Shown piece after piece: positions 63,790 through 64,000 of a DNA stretch of 64,000 bases. The stretch lies in NCBI GenBank assembly GCA_051294375.1, contig CM119264.1:10887832-10951831 (forward strand). Reading direction: 5' to 3'. A program made the position numbers and the translations under genes. The notes below the pieces were generated by a model. The model did no database searches, was not told where the DNA came from, and saw only the letters and a program-made list of their open reading frames with translations. The stretch is from Paraspadella gotoi. Lineage: Eukaryota; Animalia; Chaetognatha. Numbering within the stretch: position 1 is the first letter of the stretch; every line of letters starts with the position of its first letter.

Positions 63790-64000
63790 GATAAGATTGA
63801 GTAAAAAACCTTAAATACTAACTTTAGCTGCGTTTGAGTTGGCAAAAACCGATTTAAAGTAAAAAAAAAAACTTTACCGCAAAAGAAAATGTATACTAAA
63901 TAAGACAATCAGTATATATGAACGTTCTTTCACGATTTTCGAAGTTCCATTATGCCCTTTCCGTCTCCTCCCGCCGCGACGGCCAAAAGGCCCTTCGTGT

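Overview
AT-rich, intron-dense, compact genomic DNA from an invertebrate animal. I could not identify the taxon from sequence alone. I traced 12 spliced protein-coding genes by hand: a tetraspanin, a FET-family (FUS/TAF15/cabeza-like) RNA-binding protein, DHTKD1, a PI-PLC X-domain protein, SUV4-20/KMT5B, a choline transporter-like SLC44 protein, a CD225/dispanin protein, a truncated laminin gamma chain, an orphan secreted protein, an SLC52 riboflavin transporter, an intronless adiponectin receptor/PAQR, and DAZAP2. There is also a small HDEL-ending ER protein. Introns and spacers hold several MITE families, Helentron/DINE-like elements, tRNA-derived SINE-like heads and minimal hammerhead-ribozyme motifs. 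Three observations stand out. (1) The tetraspanin TAG stop is followed in frame by 428 more codons spread over 4 exons with phase-compatible introns, suggesting stop-codon readthrough or a NAGNAG alternative acceptor. (2) The laminin gamma chain is headless: its short arm is replaced by an RGD-containing Tyr-rich segment and RRRPEDP repeats. (3) Penelope-type minimal hammerhead motifs occur four times, one inside an inverted duplication bounded by a 15-bp direct repeat. All gene models are manual and have no RNA or database support.
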